Below the pieces are notes generated by a model. That model saw only the letters and a program-made list of their open reading frames with translations, was not told the origin of the DNA and made no database searches. Made by a program: the position numbers and the translations under genes. Positions 1-11,200 of a DNA stretch of 64,000 nucleotides are shown in pieces; the stretch's first letter is position 1; each line of letters begins with the position of its first letter. The DNA lies in assembly GCA_041750655.1 (NCBI GenBank), contig JBGSYZ010000011.1, positions 1,794 to 65,793 on the forward strand. The letters are read 5' to 3'. This DNA is from Minisyncoccia bacterium. GTDB taxonomy: Bacteria > Patescibacteriota > Minisyncoccia > Phycocordibacterales > UBA918.

Positions 1-1024
1 CATTCGTTTGCCACCAAAAAATTAAAATTGAGAAGTCAATAAGATCTACTCGTCCATCACGATTTAAATCAGAATTATTGGATGGTCTGCCTTCTACTCC
101 CACAAAAAGTTGGAGGGCCGTACTATAACTACTTTCGGTTTTAAGAGTACTACTACCCTTAACATAACGTGCTTTAACAATGTGTTCAGCTAATGAAAGA
201 CCAGCTGTATTAAGTGTCGCACTCCAAATCCCATCAGTAGCTGAAGTAACAGTAGTTGAAAGTTTGTTGTCAATGTACACCTCAACAGCAACATTAGGTG
301 GTACTTGACCCCTCACTGTAATGACGTCCCCAGGATCGACCGTAGCGTCGCTCAAGCTTATGGTTGGTGGCAACAGCACACCATTTACGTTAGTGATAGC
401 CCCTTGGGTAACATCGAAAGTGGTAGTTAGAGTTATTGAACGAGTCCCAATATTATCAACGGCCCAAAAACCTAAAGTAGTTGCCCCAGGATCAGCGGCT
501 ATTGTAAAACTAAATTCACCACTGCTATTAGCTCTTACTGTACCAATTGCGTCACCGTCAAGTAATATATTTACAGTTCGGTTTGGGTACGCATTACCAC
601 TAATACTTATTTTTGTATCACCTATGGGTTGAGAACTTCCGCCTCCGCCTCCGCCAGAAGAATTACCCCCACCAGTAGCTGCTGGTTCAATTTTGCAATC
701 TGCTGCACAAAAATCGTTGTCAATATTGTTACCATCATCACACTCCTCACCTTGCAGTGTCTGTAAAATTGAATCACCACAATACTGACCAAATTGACAC
801 TCTGTATCACACTGTCTACCAGCAATAGTTGTGCTGTACGTGCCTATTTCTCCGGGAACATCACACTCTTCCCCATCGTTAACGATTGAGTCACCACAAA
901 TACTTACCTTTAAAGTAGTAGTTGCAATTAATGACTGGCCGTAAGCACTACTAGGCACAAAAGAAAAAAACAACATCATTAAAATCAGATATGTTGTTTG
1001 TATTGAGTGAAGAAATCTTCTCAT
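1..1024 (-). CDS. Secreted protein with Cys-rich (Myxococcus-type) repeats, Ig-like domains and C-terminal dockerin; 3' end runs off the window
   Basis: Not in the ORF track. Hand translation from ATG at 1024 is open to base 1: MRRFLHSIQ... signal peptide, CGDSIVNDGEECD and CGDSILQTLQGEECDDGN repeats, Gly linker, then SDLNRDGRVDLIDFSILIFWW, nearly identical to the dockerin of 29617..31455. Confidence 0.85.
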   Translation of the reverse strand, partial: MRRFLHSIQTTYLILMMLFFSFVPSSAYGQSLIATTTLKVSICGDSIVNDGEECDVPGEIGTYSTTIAGRQCDTECQFGQYCGDSILQTLQGEECDDGNNIDNDFCAADCKIEPAATGGGNSSGGGGGGSSQPIGDTKISISGNAYPNRTVNILLDGDAIGTVRANSSGEFSFTIAADPGATTLGFWAVDNIGTRSITLTTTFDVTQGAITNVNGVLLPPTISLSDATVDPGDVITVRGQVPPNVAVEVYIDNKLSTTVTSATDGIWSATLNTAGLSLAEHIVKARYVKGSSTLKTESSYSTALQLFVGVEGRPSNNSDLNRDGRVDLIDFSILIFWWQTN

Positions 1025-1033
1025 ACACTCTAT

Positions 1034-1978
1034 CTATGACCTAAATCCTCTTCTTCGTGAACGACTATAGAAAATAATCAGTCCGATAATAATTAGTATA
1101 GTAAATATTGGGAACAAAACAGAAATCTTATGCGCAAGAGAAAGACCCATAAAACCATATCCTGCAATACCTGTAGATCCATACGGTAATATACTTAGCG
1201 TTACTTCCCCTTCTTGTTTTATATCTTCGCCATTCTTAATTTCGTATTTTGCTTTATAGCTTCCCGGAGGAAGTCGAGTAGGTAATTCTGCTACAACGTT
1301 ATCAGTAGCAAAGGGAGCGATTTTTTTAATTCTATTGGTGTGTGTAGTCTCTTCTAAAAGATTTGTTCCGTTAGCATTATAAATATCAAAATTAACCTCT
1401 GAAGGAGCAACTGGGACGTTCCCAGTATTTTCAAGCAGCATTGTTAATTTTATTTTTCCAGGAAAATACAACCACCAAAATTTATGACCTTCATCCAGAT
1501 CAGAGATACTTATACGTCGAACTCGGAAATCAAAAATCTCTTTATCAATAACATTCAAATCAATATCTACCTGCGCTCCCAAAGAAATATTTACTGCTCC
1601 GCGAGAAAGTTCTCCAGCAGGTGGAGCGGTCTTAATACGAATGTTTCCTTTATAGGCTTGAAAATCAGCATCATCAGGAACTCGCACCCGTACCGTCATA
1701 GGTACTTTATCTTCTCCTAAAGGTAAGGGAAACTCCGACCCTTCAACCACCTCAATCCAATCTTCAAAGCCTGGAGCATCAATAGAAATTGTAGCGTTGA
1801 GTTCAGAAGTTGGGTCACTGCGGACTAAAAGAATTTGTTGTTCGTAAACAGAATTTCGTGTCAGGCTTGAGTTGCGAACGTACGGAGGCGTGATACCAAA
1901 ACCGGCATCTGCTATACTCGGCAGCACAAAAAACAATAGTATAAAAAAACTAATACCTAATCTCTGAAAGTTCATCAC
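1034..1978 (-). CDS. Membrane-anchored DUF916/WxL-interacting-like (PapD-like Ig) protein
   Basis: Signal peptide; beta-rich domains with VRVPDDA..YKGNI and LENTGNVPV motifs; C-terminal TM plus RSRRRG tail; same layout as 34421..35479. Confidence 0.6.
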   Translation of the reverse strand: MMNFQRLGISFFILLFFVLPSIADAGFGITPPYVRNSSLTRNSVYEQQILLVRSDPTSELNATISIDAPGFEDWIEVVEGSEFPLPLGEDKVPMTVRVRVPDDADFQAYKGNIRIKTAPPAGELSRGAVNISLGAQVDIDLNVIDKEIFDFRVRRISISDLDEGHKFWWLYFPGKIKLTMLLENTGNVPVAPSEVNFDIYNANGTNLLEETTHTNRIKKIAPFATDNVVAELPTRLPPGSYKAKYEIKNGEDIKQEGEVTLSILPYGSTGIAGYGFMGLSLAHKISVLFPIFTILIIIGLIIFYSRSRRRGFRS

Positions 1979-2077
1979 AAAAAAGCGTTAACTGTCGCTT
2001 GTTACAATTATCCTTAATTATACTAATAAAATCAAGAATTTTTATTGGATAACAACTAATAATTATCAGTTAAAAAC

Positions 2078-2107
2078 AAAACTCTCGATAAATTAAGCGA
2101 GAGTTTT
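2078..2107 (-). terminator. Intrinsic terminator after the 635-aa gene
   Basis: 10-bp inverted repeat aaaactctcg/cgagagtttt followed by a T-rich tail on the minus strand. Confidence 0.7.
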
Positions 2108-2128
2108 ATAGAAGTTATAAATCTTAAA

Positions 2129-4036
2129 CTACCAATCAACTGATTCTCCAACAACAGCAATAAAGGTGTTTTGACCAGTGTAGTCTCCTGAGAGAGTAAT
2201 GGTACCCGGAATTTCAATACCCCAATACGTGATACCAGAAGCTGGAGTTGAGGTTGCCGTAGATTTAGCTACGTTAAGTTCAAGTTCTTTGGCAGTTGTA
2301 GAAGACAAATTATTACCAGATGTAGAAGCATTTAAGTACGTAGCAGTTGATGTTGGAGAGAAGACTTGGCGGAAATCTTCAACGGTAGAGGTGGCAGAAT
2401 TCGGACACTCAGTACCTGGTCCGGTATATGTGTTACACATTGACTCACCAGATAGAAGCTGATCCACCCCAACGTTACCAGTAGCTTGGATAGTTGTAGA
2501 AGCTTGCGATGCTCCAAGGTTGGCGTACACGTCATCGGAATCTTCACCTGGTGCCAATGATCCATACGGAATCAAGAAGCTAAGGAGATCAAAGGCCAAG
2601 AAACTATTTACTTCTACTCCAGAAGTTGACTCAGAAGCTGTTCCAGTGGCGTTATCATCATCTACAGCCCGTATTTGCGCTTTCCAGTCGTTAAGTGGGT
2701 ACTGGACAGCGGTAGTAGTAGCATCGGTCGGGTCAGCAATAAACCAAAGCGGAAATGTACATGAGAAAGCATCGCTAGTGTCTGTATTACCTGAACAAGC
2801 TGTCGTCGATGCAGTACATGAAAGATTCCATGTTGTGGTAGCGACAGCGCTGGTGTAGCAATCGTTTTCATCTTGATCACCAGCCACATCTACTCGACAG
2901 GTAGTAGAACTGTTACCGTCATAAATTGCCGTTGGGTCATCTCGATACAAGCTTAATTCATAATTTACAATTTCTGAAGTTGAGCCGATAGCCTGACAAC
3001 TGTTATTGTCAAATACATTGAAATCAAGAGTAAAGCCTTCTGTCGTACTGGCCTCTACCGTCAACACCATATCGGAGCCACCATTGATTGAGATGGTTGA
3101 ACCATCAACCGTTGGTGCAACGTTGTTGATATCAAAGGTGGTAGTAGCAGCGTGGGCTCCACCGGAAGCTTCATGACCATGTTCATCAACAATAAAAGGC
3201 ACAGCGTTATACGTAGTGTCTTGCCATGGTGGTGTCAAAGTCCACGCCGCAAAAGCGTCTGGATACATTAGACTTGAGGTAGCCAAGGTACTACCAGTAC
3301 AGGTATTAGTGGTAGTGTTGTAGCCACTATTTGAACACACAATTAATCTGATCTGATCTTGTCCTCCATCAGTGTCTGGGTCAGTAGAAGTAGAATAGAA
3401 AGTAATTGTTCCATCTGGATCAACTGGACCGTTGTTTGAGAATAATGTGAACGTCGGACGATCATTTACATTAAACGGTGATGTGACGGTGCCATATCCT
3501 TGTTGGGCTGGAGTCGTACCAGTACATCGTTGAGTAACCACATTATCATCACACACAAATCCAAACCACGCATTACTTTCATTAAATAAACTAGCAGCTG
3601 TTTCCAGAGTGGTTGTAGCCGCAGTTGCAGTCGCGTTAGAAGTCGTCAAAGACGACACGGCCCATTGCGTCCCCGCCGCACATGACGGCACTCCTCCTCC
3701 TGATGGAGTTGGTGTTGCATTAGTATCACAGATAAGTAGGTAGTAATCGTCTCCACTGGCATCAACTGCTAACACTTCCCACTGCATAACATCACCTGAA
3801 TTTGTTGGATAGGCAGTCGAAGACTCAAAACTTTCTTGAACTGGGCCGGTAATAACTGGCGGCAGGTTAATAACAGTAACAGAGGTAGTAGCACTATCGC
3901 TTTGAGCTACGGCTTGTTTAAATTCATTTGAACCAATATTAAAGACGAATATAAATGCAAAGCATAAAACGCCCAAAAGAATAGTGAGGACAGTGGCTCT
4001 ACCGGCTGTGCTTAAGTGCTGTATGTTGTACGACAT
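2129..4036 (-). CDS. Secreted Thr/Ser/Cys-rich surface protein with WxL/fimbrial-like C-terminal domain
   Basis: N-terminal TM/signal; two repeated Ig-like Cys-containing units; C-terminal ~330 aa similar to the giant protein C-terminus (YGSLAPG...TGNV...YWGIEIP...YTGQNTFIAV). Confidence 0.7.
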   Translation of the reverse strand: MSYNIQHLSTAGRATVLTILLGVLCFAFIFVFNIGSNEFKQAVAQSDSATTSVTVINLPPVITGPVQESFESSTAYPTNSGDVMQWEVLAVDASGDDYYLLICDTNATPTPSGGGVPSCAAGTQWAVSSLTTSNATATAATTTLETAASLFNESNAWFGFVCDDNVVTQRCTGTTPAQQGYGTVTSPFNVNDRPTFTLFSNNGPVDPDGTITFYSTSTDPDTDGGQDQIRLIVCSNSGYNTTTNTCTGSTLATSSLMYPDAFAAWTLTPPWQDTTYNAVPFIVDEHGHEASGGAHAATTTFDINNVAPTVDGSTISINGGSDMVLTVEASTTEGFTLDFNVFDNNSCQAIGSTSEIVNYELSLYRDDPTAIYDGNSSTTCRVDVAGDQDENDCYTSAVATTTWNLSCTASTTACSGNTDTSDAFSCTFPLWFIADPTDATTTAVQYPLNDWKAQIRAVDDDNATGTASESTSGVEVNSFLAFDLLSFLIPYGSLAPGEDSDDVYANLGASQASTTIQATGNVGVDQLLSGESMCNTYTGPGTECPNSATSTVEDFRQVFSPTSTATYLNASTSGNNLSSTTAKELELNVAKSTATSTPASGITYWGIEIPGTITLSGDYTGQNTFIAVVGESVDW

Positions 4037-4114
4037 AAAAATAACTATTTGTTTCCTCTATTTTAGCGAAACTTTTGCAGTTTGGGGAGTGTACTGGGGA
4101 AAAAACGGGGATAA

Positions 4115-5320
4115 CTATTCGTATCGAATAGCATCCAATGGATTCAGAGTTGAAGCGCGTTTGGCGGGGAAAATACCTGTTAGATAACCCACTGCTGCGG
4201 AGAAAATGGCAATGAACAACAAAAAATTTAACGGGAAAGAAAATAGTGACACTGATTGGCCACCAAATTGACTAGCCACAAAGTTAAGAAGTAGGTTGAT
4301 GGTTAAACCCAAAACTACACCCATAAATATACCGGTTATACCTCCCATAAATCCTACAACGACTGATTCGGATACGAACAACCATTTAATGTCTTTCGGA
4401 GAAGCCCCAATGGTCCGCATAATTCCAATTTCTTTCGTACGCTCTAACAAAGTTACTGTCATAGTATTAAACATACCGATGGCAGACACGAGAAGAGCGA
4501 TTCCGCCAAACACCGCCAAGACCGCTTGTACTCCTTGGAAAATCTTTGAGGCCTGCTCCACTGTTTTAGATAAGGCGGTTACTCGAAAGCCATCTTCGAT
4601 AAGAATTTCTTCTGTTGCATTTAAAAATTCATTTGAGGAGACACGAACTTGGGCCCGCTCGTATTCAGTAATACCAACATGCTGACGAAGTTCATTCATC
4701 ATCATTAGAGCGTTGAGCACTCCTTCTTCTTTGGTGATACCTCTCACGGTATACGTCTTATCAATATATACCTCTGTCACTTCGTCGATATTATCTTCTG
4801 ATTGAACTAACAATCTAAACGTTACCTGTTCGCCCACAAACTCTGCAACATCATCAATACCAAAAAGCTTAAGTACCGCTGGAGAGAGCATGACTGTGTT
4901 ACCATCATCGACATCTTCTTCAGTGAACACATCTCCTTCTGCAGCACTTACCCCTGAATACCGTAAATAGGCCGGTTCAGCACCTTGTAAGAACACATTG
5001 CCAGTCAACCCTTTATACGTAATCAAGGCCGGGAAACGCGCTAATGGAGCAGCGTCTAGTACATTATCAATTGATTCAATTTGAGAAATAGTTTCATCAG
5101 TGATTTTTATTGACTGTGAACCTGCAGAAACCCCGAGAGAGAGCAGTGTTTCACCAAACACAATTTGTTCAATAATAATTTTTTGCAGTCCAAAACCCAA
5201 TCCTACTAAAACCACTACCGCTCCAGTTCCCACACCCATACCAAGAATTGTAAGCCACGTACGAAGTGGGTTCGTAATAAACATTCGAGTCGATAATTGT
5301 GCTAAATCTTGTACACGCAT
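4115..5320 (-). CDS. MacB/FtsX-family ABC transporter permease
   Basis: NPLRTWLTILGMGVG, extracytoplasmic domain, ERTKEIGIMRTIGA, PAKRASTLNPLDAIRYE. Confidence 0.93.
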   Translation of the reverse strand: MRVQDLAQLSTRMFITNPLRTWLTILGMGVGTGAVVVLVGLGFGLQKIIIEQIVFGETLLSLGVSAGSQSIKITDETISQIESIDNVLDAAPLARFPALITYKGLTGNVFLQGAEPAYLRYSGVSAAEGDVFTEEDVDDGNTVMLSPAVLKLFGIDDVAEFVGEQVTFRLLVQSEDNIDEVTEVYIDKTYTVRGITKEEGVLNALMMMNELRQHVGITEYERAQVRVSSNEFLNATEEILIEDGFRVTALSKTVEQASKIFQGVQAVLAVFGGIALLVSAIGMFNTMTVTLLERTKEIGIMRTIGASPKDIKWLFVSESVVVGFMGGITGIFMGVVLGLTINLLLNFVASQFGGQSVSLFSFPLNFLLFIAIFSAAVGYLTGIFPAKRASTLNPLDAIRYE

Positions 5321-5321
5321 A

Positions 5322-6641
5322 TTACTTGTAACTTACATCTACTCCCTGAGCAATTAATTTTTCAAAATAGCGAGTAACCTCGTCAGCTAATGCTACCGGC
5401 ATACCCATGCCCCCAGTCCTTTTTGCTTCTTGTAGTTTTCGACCAAATTCGTCTGCATCACTCACTCCAGTCACCCGGTCGGCAATAAGTTCTGAAAATC
5501 GATTTTCCTCTTCCTTATTAAATTTTAAATTGTAGCTACCTTGCAGATATTCTTTAAGGCGTTCAGCAAATTTATGTTGTGAAAAGAAAGCACCGTCTGC
5601 TTCATGTTGAGCTCGAAAACGACGAATATCGTCGGCTTGAATTAGCATTTCTTCTGATTTATCTGCCATTCTTTGTGCGGATGAGCGTGAAATCTCCACT
5701 CCCCCATTTTCGTATTTTTTAGTAAGCGTTTTAATGAGGTTACTTTTATCAATCTTACCCATAATGTAAAACTTGATAGCTTTTTCCATACGTACTAACT
5801 GATCGAAAGTGTACTCTTGGGTCAAGTAATTAGTCAGACTTTTTACTCGCAATGTTTCAATCGAATCATATGGGAACAAGCGTGCCAACTGTTCAAGTTC
5901 AGTCACTATTGTCTCTCCTTCTTTCACTGGCTTGATTTGCTTGCGTTGTGGATTTACCACTTCACGCACGATGCGACCATCACGAAGGTAATACACTCGG
6001 TGGGCGTAGCTTAAATGAGCGGCATTGTGTGACACCATAATAATCGTCCGTTTATCAAACGTGTTAATCTCATCAATTTTATCCATCACTTGCTGAGTTG
6101 AAATAGAGTCAAGGTTACCGGTTGGTTCATCGGCTAAAAGAATCTGTGGATCATTCACCATCGACCGCGCTACCGATACACGTTGCTGCTGACCTCCAGA
6201 GAGCATAGCGGGAATTTTGTGGGATACATGTCCTACACCAAATCTGTCTAGGAGTGACTGAGCACGACGATCGCGAGATTTTTTATCGACGTCACAAAAA
6301 ATTTGTGGCAGAGCCACATTATCGAGTACAGACAATGATGGGATGAGATTGAACTGCTGAAAAATAATCCCCATCACGTAACGTTGAAAATACACCCGTT
6401 CTTGAGGAGGATATGAGTAGACGTCGTCACCCCGAATGAGCAATGTTCCTTCCCCTGGTGGAAGTGAGCCTTGAATCGAATACATCAAAGTAGACTTTCC
6501 ACAGCCCGAAGGCCCAAAGAGAATAATGTATTCCCCCTCGTAAATATCGGTGTTTACCCCCTGTAGTGCCTTAAATTCATTACTCTTCCCTTTGTTGTAA
6601 ATGATCGATAAGTCACGACAAACAATTAATGGTTTTGCCAT
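5322..6641 (-). CDS. LolD/MacB-type ABC ATPase with ~200-aa C-terminal extension
   Basis: Walker A GPSGCGKST, signature LSGGQQQR, Walker B ILLADEPTGNLD, H-loop VSHN. Confidence 0.93.
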   Translation of the reverse strand: MAKPLIVCRDLSIIYNKGKSNEFKALQGVNTDIYEGEYIILFGPSGCGKSTLMYSIQGSLPPGEGTLLIRGDDVYSYPPQERVYFQRYVMGIIFQQFNLIPSLSVLDNVALPQIFCDVDKKSRDRRAQSLLDRFGVGHVSHKIPAMLSGGQQQRVSVARSMVNDPQILLADEPTGNLDSISTQQVMDKIDEINTFDKRTIIMVSHNAAHLSYAHRVYYLRDGRIVREVVNPQRKQIKPVKEGETIVTELEQLARLFPYDSIETLRVKSLTNYLTQEYTFDQLVRMEKAIKFYIMGKIDKSNLIKTLTKKYENGGVEISRSSAQRMADKSEEMLIQADDIRRFRAQHEADGAFFSQHKFAERLKEYLQGSYNLKFNKEEENRFSELIADRVTGVSDADEFGRKLQEAKRTGGMGMPVALADEVTRYFEKLIAQGVDVSYK

Positions 6642-6698
6642 TTGTTTCTATTATGACATTAATACGAGACCAAAGAGGCGTGGTTGTCTACACATTTA

Positions 6699-8240
6699 TT
6701 AATTTGAAATGTTTTTGATCCAGCCGAATGATGACTGGAAGTTTTCGATGATAATATCGATGATACTTTTTTCTTTCACTGGTGTGAACAGTACAAAGTT
6801 TTCTGACTGTACAGCGTTACCAGCCTCATCCTCACAATTGAGCCAAAATTGATACACGGTCGCTCCAGCAAAATCAACAATTACTTCTACATGCTTCTCA
6901 GCGTAGTTCTTTTCTTCCTTTTCAATAGTAATTGGGTCAACTCCAGCCGCCACTCCTTCACGATACGTCACCAAACAAAATGCTGGTTCATCGGTCTTCC
7001 ATTCAATAATAGATTGGATGCGTACCTCATCACCAGGGAACAAAGTAGATTCGTTCGTTACATTAGAAATAATTGGCGGAGCGGTGTCTTTGACGGTAAT
7101 GAAGGTGATTGGATTACTTTTAACTCGATCACCACCAGCGTTCTCAGCAATCACGAACGCCACGTAGCGCGTACCGAGAGTCAAACCTTCTATCTCCATC
7201 TGGTTGTTAGTAGCGTACGTCGGGCGTCCTTTAGAATTTTGAACTCCTGTGGTGAGATCTTGGTACTCAATCAAAGCTTTGGCTGGAACCGTAGTGTCCC
7301 ACGCCAACGTAGCAGAGTTTTCTTGTACTTTTAAGATACGAAGGTTACGGATTTCTGGACGTGACGCTTTTGTCCGGAAAGTAAAGTCACGACTTTCACC
7401 AGTTATGCCGTATGAGTCGGTGGAGGCTACCTTGAAAGTATATTCAGTAAAAGGTTCAAGACCAATCAAACGCACTTCGTGGTCTTGAGTATCGCCATTT
7501 GTGCCCGACTGGGAGAAAGAATAATTCCCAACAGTATATCCATTGGTTGGCGAAAATGAAACATTTGAACTAGCCGGTCTATCTGTAGTCCACGATACGG
7601 TAGCTGATGTGGTTTCAACTACCACCGTTGGTGGACCAACAATGGTTAAATCTTCGGTAATACCCTGAATGGCTTTGACAGTTTCGTTAACAATTTCTTG
7701 CAGTTTTTGCGGATCGGTAATTTCCTGAATTTGTTCCTTGATTTGTTCAACGGTTTGTTGCTGTGTTTCAGTGGTGGTTTCCGAATTTTGACCCTGTCCC
7801 GCTTGCGAGCCTTGTCCTTGTCCATCGGCACTTGCTTGACCACTACCGTCAGCCGTTGGAGTACCACTAGTTACAACCTTATAGTCCGCTGAAATTCCCT
7901 GGTTGCCTTCCAAGTCAGCCGATACTACCCGAAAATAATACGTCCGGCCCGGTTCCAAATCATCGAGGGTAATTGAGTGCTGAGTTCTATCTACGGTCGG
8001 TATACGAACAATACCGTAATCCTCTTTCAGTCCATAGTTAACAATTGAGTCCGCGTTTTCATCAGTTTCCCAATTTATCGTTACACTGGTATCAGTGACT
8101 TCTGCAATCTCAACATTTTGAATAGTTGGAGCAGTGGTATCAAGCGCATTGATTGGTAGCGCAAAAACTGCACCGAATATAATGACTGGTAGTAACAAGT
8201 TTTTTGTACATTTCATCTTTGTCATAATCTTAGCACGCAC
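6699..8240 (-). CDS. Secreted fibronectin type III repeat protein
   Basis: Signal peptide; four FN3-like repeats (VTINWETDE, VSWTTDR, LAWDTTV, IEWKTDE) with a Gln-rich coiled linker; start could be 8240, 8225 or 8216. Confidence 0.8.
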   Translation of the reverse strand: MRAKIMTKMKCTKNLLLPVIIFGAVFALPINALDTTAPTIQNVEIAEVTDTSVTINWETDENADSIVNYGLKEDYGIVRIPTVDRTQHSITLDDLEPGRTYYFRVVSADLEGNQGISADYKVVTSGTPTADGSGQASADGQGQGSQAGQGQNSETTTETQQQTVEQIKEQIQEITDPQKLQEIVNETVKAIQGITEDLTIVGPPTVVVETTSATVSWTTDRPASSNVSFSPTNGYTVGNYSFSQSGTNGDTQDHEVRLIGLEPFTEYTFKVASTDSYGITGESRDFTFRTKASRPEIRNLRILKVQENSATLAWDTTVPAKALIEYQDLTTGVQNSKGRPTYATNNQMEIEGLTLGTRYVAFVIAENAGGDRVKSNPITFITVKDTAPPIISNVTNESTLFPGDEVRIQSIIEWKTDEPAFCLVTYREGVAAGVDPITIEKEEKNYAEKHVEVIVDFAGATVYQFWLNCEDEAGNAVQSENFVLFTPVKEKSIIDIIIENFQSSFGWIKNISN

Positions 8241-11200
8241 TAATCGGTCACTGCATAGAAGGTGTTGCTACCTTGGTGTGGCGCGGCGGCTGTACCAAAC
8301 GGAATTTGTATTCCCCAATATACATCAGCCACCACAGGGGTTGTTGTAGAAGTAGGCTTGAAAAGATCAACCTCTATTGCACTTGAGGTAGTAGCTAAAG
8401 TGGTACAAAACGCACACGCTGAATAATCAAAAGTAGTTGAAGCAAATTTCTGTTCTGATACCGGAATGGTAGATGCACCACCATCAGTTAAATCAGTACC
8501 ATCAATACTAATGTCGATATTTCCGTTTCCAATATTTTCTACAGTGGTAGTAGCGTTATAACTACCAGTATCTGCTGACGGTGTAAGCGAGCCGTAATTA
8601 ATTGAGTTTGTGGTCGATGCAAGAGTAATGGCATTTATAGTCAGAAGATCAACAGAAGGAGCAAAGGCGGAAGTAGTTGCACCGCTTTGATCAGACAATT
8701 CTATAAAACTTCGCCATGTTTCTCCTGAATACGGAGCCATGTCTGTCGCTTCCGCGAAGTAATACACATCAAACGTACATGAAAGCGTACAACTGTTCCC
8801 AGCACAGGCACTATATGCACACTGTGGAGCAGCGCTACGATAACAATTATTTTGATCTTCAGTACAGGTTTCTGTTACTCCACTTCTGAAGGTTGTCGAG
8901 GTGGCCCCAGCTAAATCAGTATAGCCGTTAAGGTCAGTGACCGTTCCACTCGCAGTAATCACAGTGGTAGTACCAGGTGACAATGTAATGTCTGCTCCCC
9001 CATTAAGACTCCACGCAGTGATAGTAGGATCGAAGGCTACCCCAAGCTCAGCTACACTCAAATAAGAATCAAGATCAGTGCCAGCATTAGTGACTCGCAA
9101 ACAATACGCGCTTGATGTTGCATTAACGGTTGGAGAGACAGCGTACTCAAGCTCAGTATACTCATTTTGATCAATATCTAATGAAGCTGTAATACTTGAA
9201 GGATCTTCTTTTATCTTACCGGAAGTAAAGGTTCCATTAGTTTCTAAGAGCAAATCTGTAGTATTATCTCCATCACTATAGTAGGTTGAGCTGACCATAC
9301 AAACTGGAGATGAGCCGCATGAAGACTGGACTGGAACTGAGTTATAGCTAGCGGCAGACACTGCTTCACAAGCCGGTGCTGCTCCCTTGGCTGCATATTC
9401 AATTTGGAACTGTTGACCAGTTATACCAAGGCCAGAATTCTCAACCGCAAAACGTACTCGTGCTACATCTCCAATCACAAAAGTATTGGCCGCGGTATCG
9501 AGCGCTGTGGCCCATGAAGCACCACCATCTGTTTGCTCTGCTCCAAAGATAACTGTTGGTTTAGTATTGGTACGGTATCTTGATGTGAAACTATCCCAGC
9601 CACCATTTTGACCCCAATAGGTAAATCCGAAACCACCACTGCTATGTGAAGAATCTGCAGCTGATGTGGTCGCTACTAATGTACCCCCAGAATTATATAA
9701 ATAAACATCTATAGTATTATCTGTTTGCCAATCAATCTCCACTTCATACCAACCAGTTGCATAAGTAAGAGTAGTGGAAGCTAGTATATTTACCGATCCA
9801 TAATTATCAGTACTTTCTACATTCTCAACCAGTGACATTCGCTCAATACCAAATTGTTCAAGACAAACTCCATAGTTAATATTACTAGTCACTGGTGACT
9901 GAACTCCAAACATAGCACAAGACTCATCACTAGAACCAGCGCCTGTATCTATGTACTGCATGTACCGAATAATTTGACCTTGACTTACAGTCCGATCAAA
10001 GCTAGCAATACCATCCGTCGCTCTAGATGACTCAAATCCGGTCGTATCAAGTCCTTTAGTACCACCAAAAGCAAATGATGAATCAACAGTAAAAAGCGAA
10101 GTGTCCCCGGAGTATGATCCAGACAAGCCTGACTCAAAATCATCAACCACAACAAACGTAGCGCTGGATGAACTAGTAGTGGTAGCGGTCACATTACTGT
10201 AGTACATGAATATATCCAGATTTCCTTGTGCTGGAAGTTCAAATACTTCAACCCAAACCGTAGCATCAGAACTAGCTGTATAACGTTCAATCCAATAATC
10301 TAGCTCTGTCACCCCATCACTTTTAGTAAACCGTAAATCCTCAAAGTCAGCTTGCATATCAGCATCGTACGTAACTGGAATTTTAATGGTAGTAGTTGCG
10401 TAAGTAGCGTTATCTGCATTAACAATTCGGACCCGTTGTCGAGCACCCCAATCAGTATCAAACCACTCTGAGGTAGGAACACCCTCTCCTCCGTCATCGT
10501 GTCGCCAACGATAATGAGTTTGTTCAACCAACAAACAAGCGCTGTCATCCCAACGAATTGAACCACAAGCATCAATACCATCAGCATCATAATCTTCACC
10601 GGAAAGATTACCGACGTGATCACGAAAAGTCCACGCATTTGTAGTCGTAGCATCAAGGTTCACGTTGAACGCGCTTATTGCTGTAGTGGTCGCAAAGCGC
10701 ACATTATCAATAAGTTTCGATGGGTTGGCATTTAGCGTCGTGGAAGCTAGCGTAATAGCACTACCTCCATCAACCGTAACTTCAAAGTCTCCATTGGAAA
10801 GTGAGGACACCGTTGGAATACCTGAGAAAGTCAAACCATTTACATCCAATCCGCGTAATTGATAATACCGAGCATTAAATGTCCCAGCATTTATATCAAA
10901 ACTGTAATTGGTACCACCTAAAGCTTGAATACTAGTACTCGCCGTAGCGGCCCCAATAATATTGAGATTACCAGCAGTTTGCGTAATCGAAGATGAAGCA
11001 GAGTCAACCACAAACACATTAACTGCTCGACTACCACCACCAAGAGCGGTGCCGTCAAAATCTGTGGCGTAGCTCCAGTACTCGGTACCAGTGGCGATAG
11101 TGTAGTTACCGTAGATATAGAGGTACCCCGGAGTATTAGCGTGGTCTTGTGAGTAGAGTGAACTAATAGAAGTACTGGCGAGCGTCGTGGTAGCGGCACT

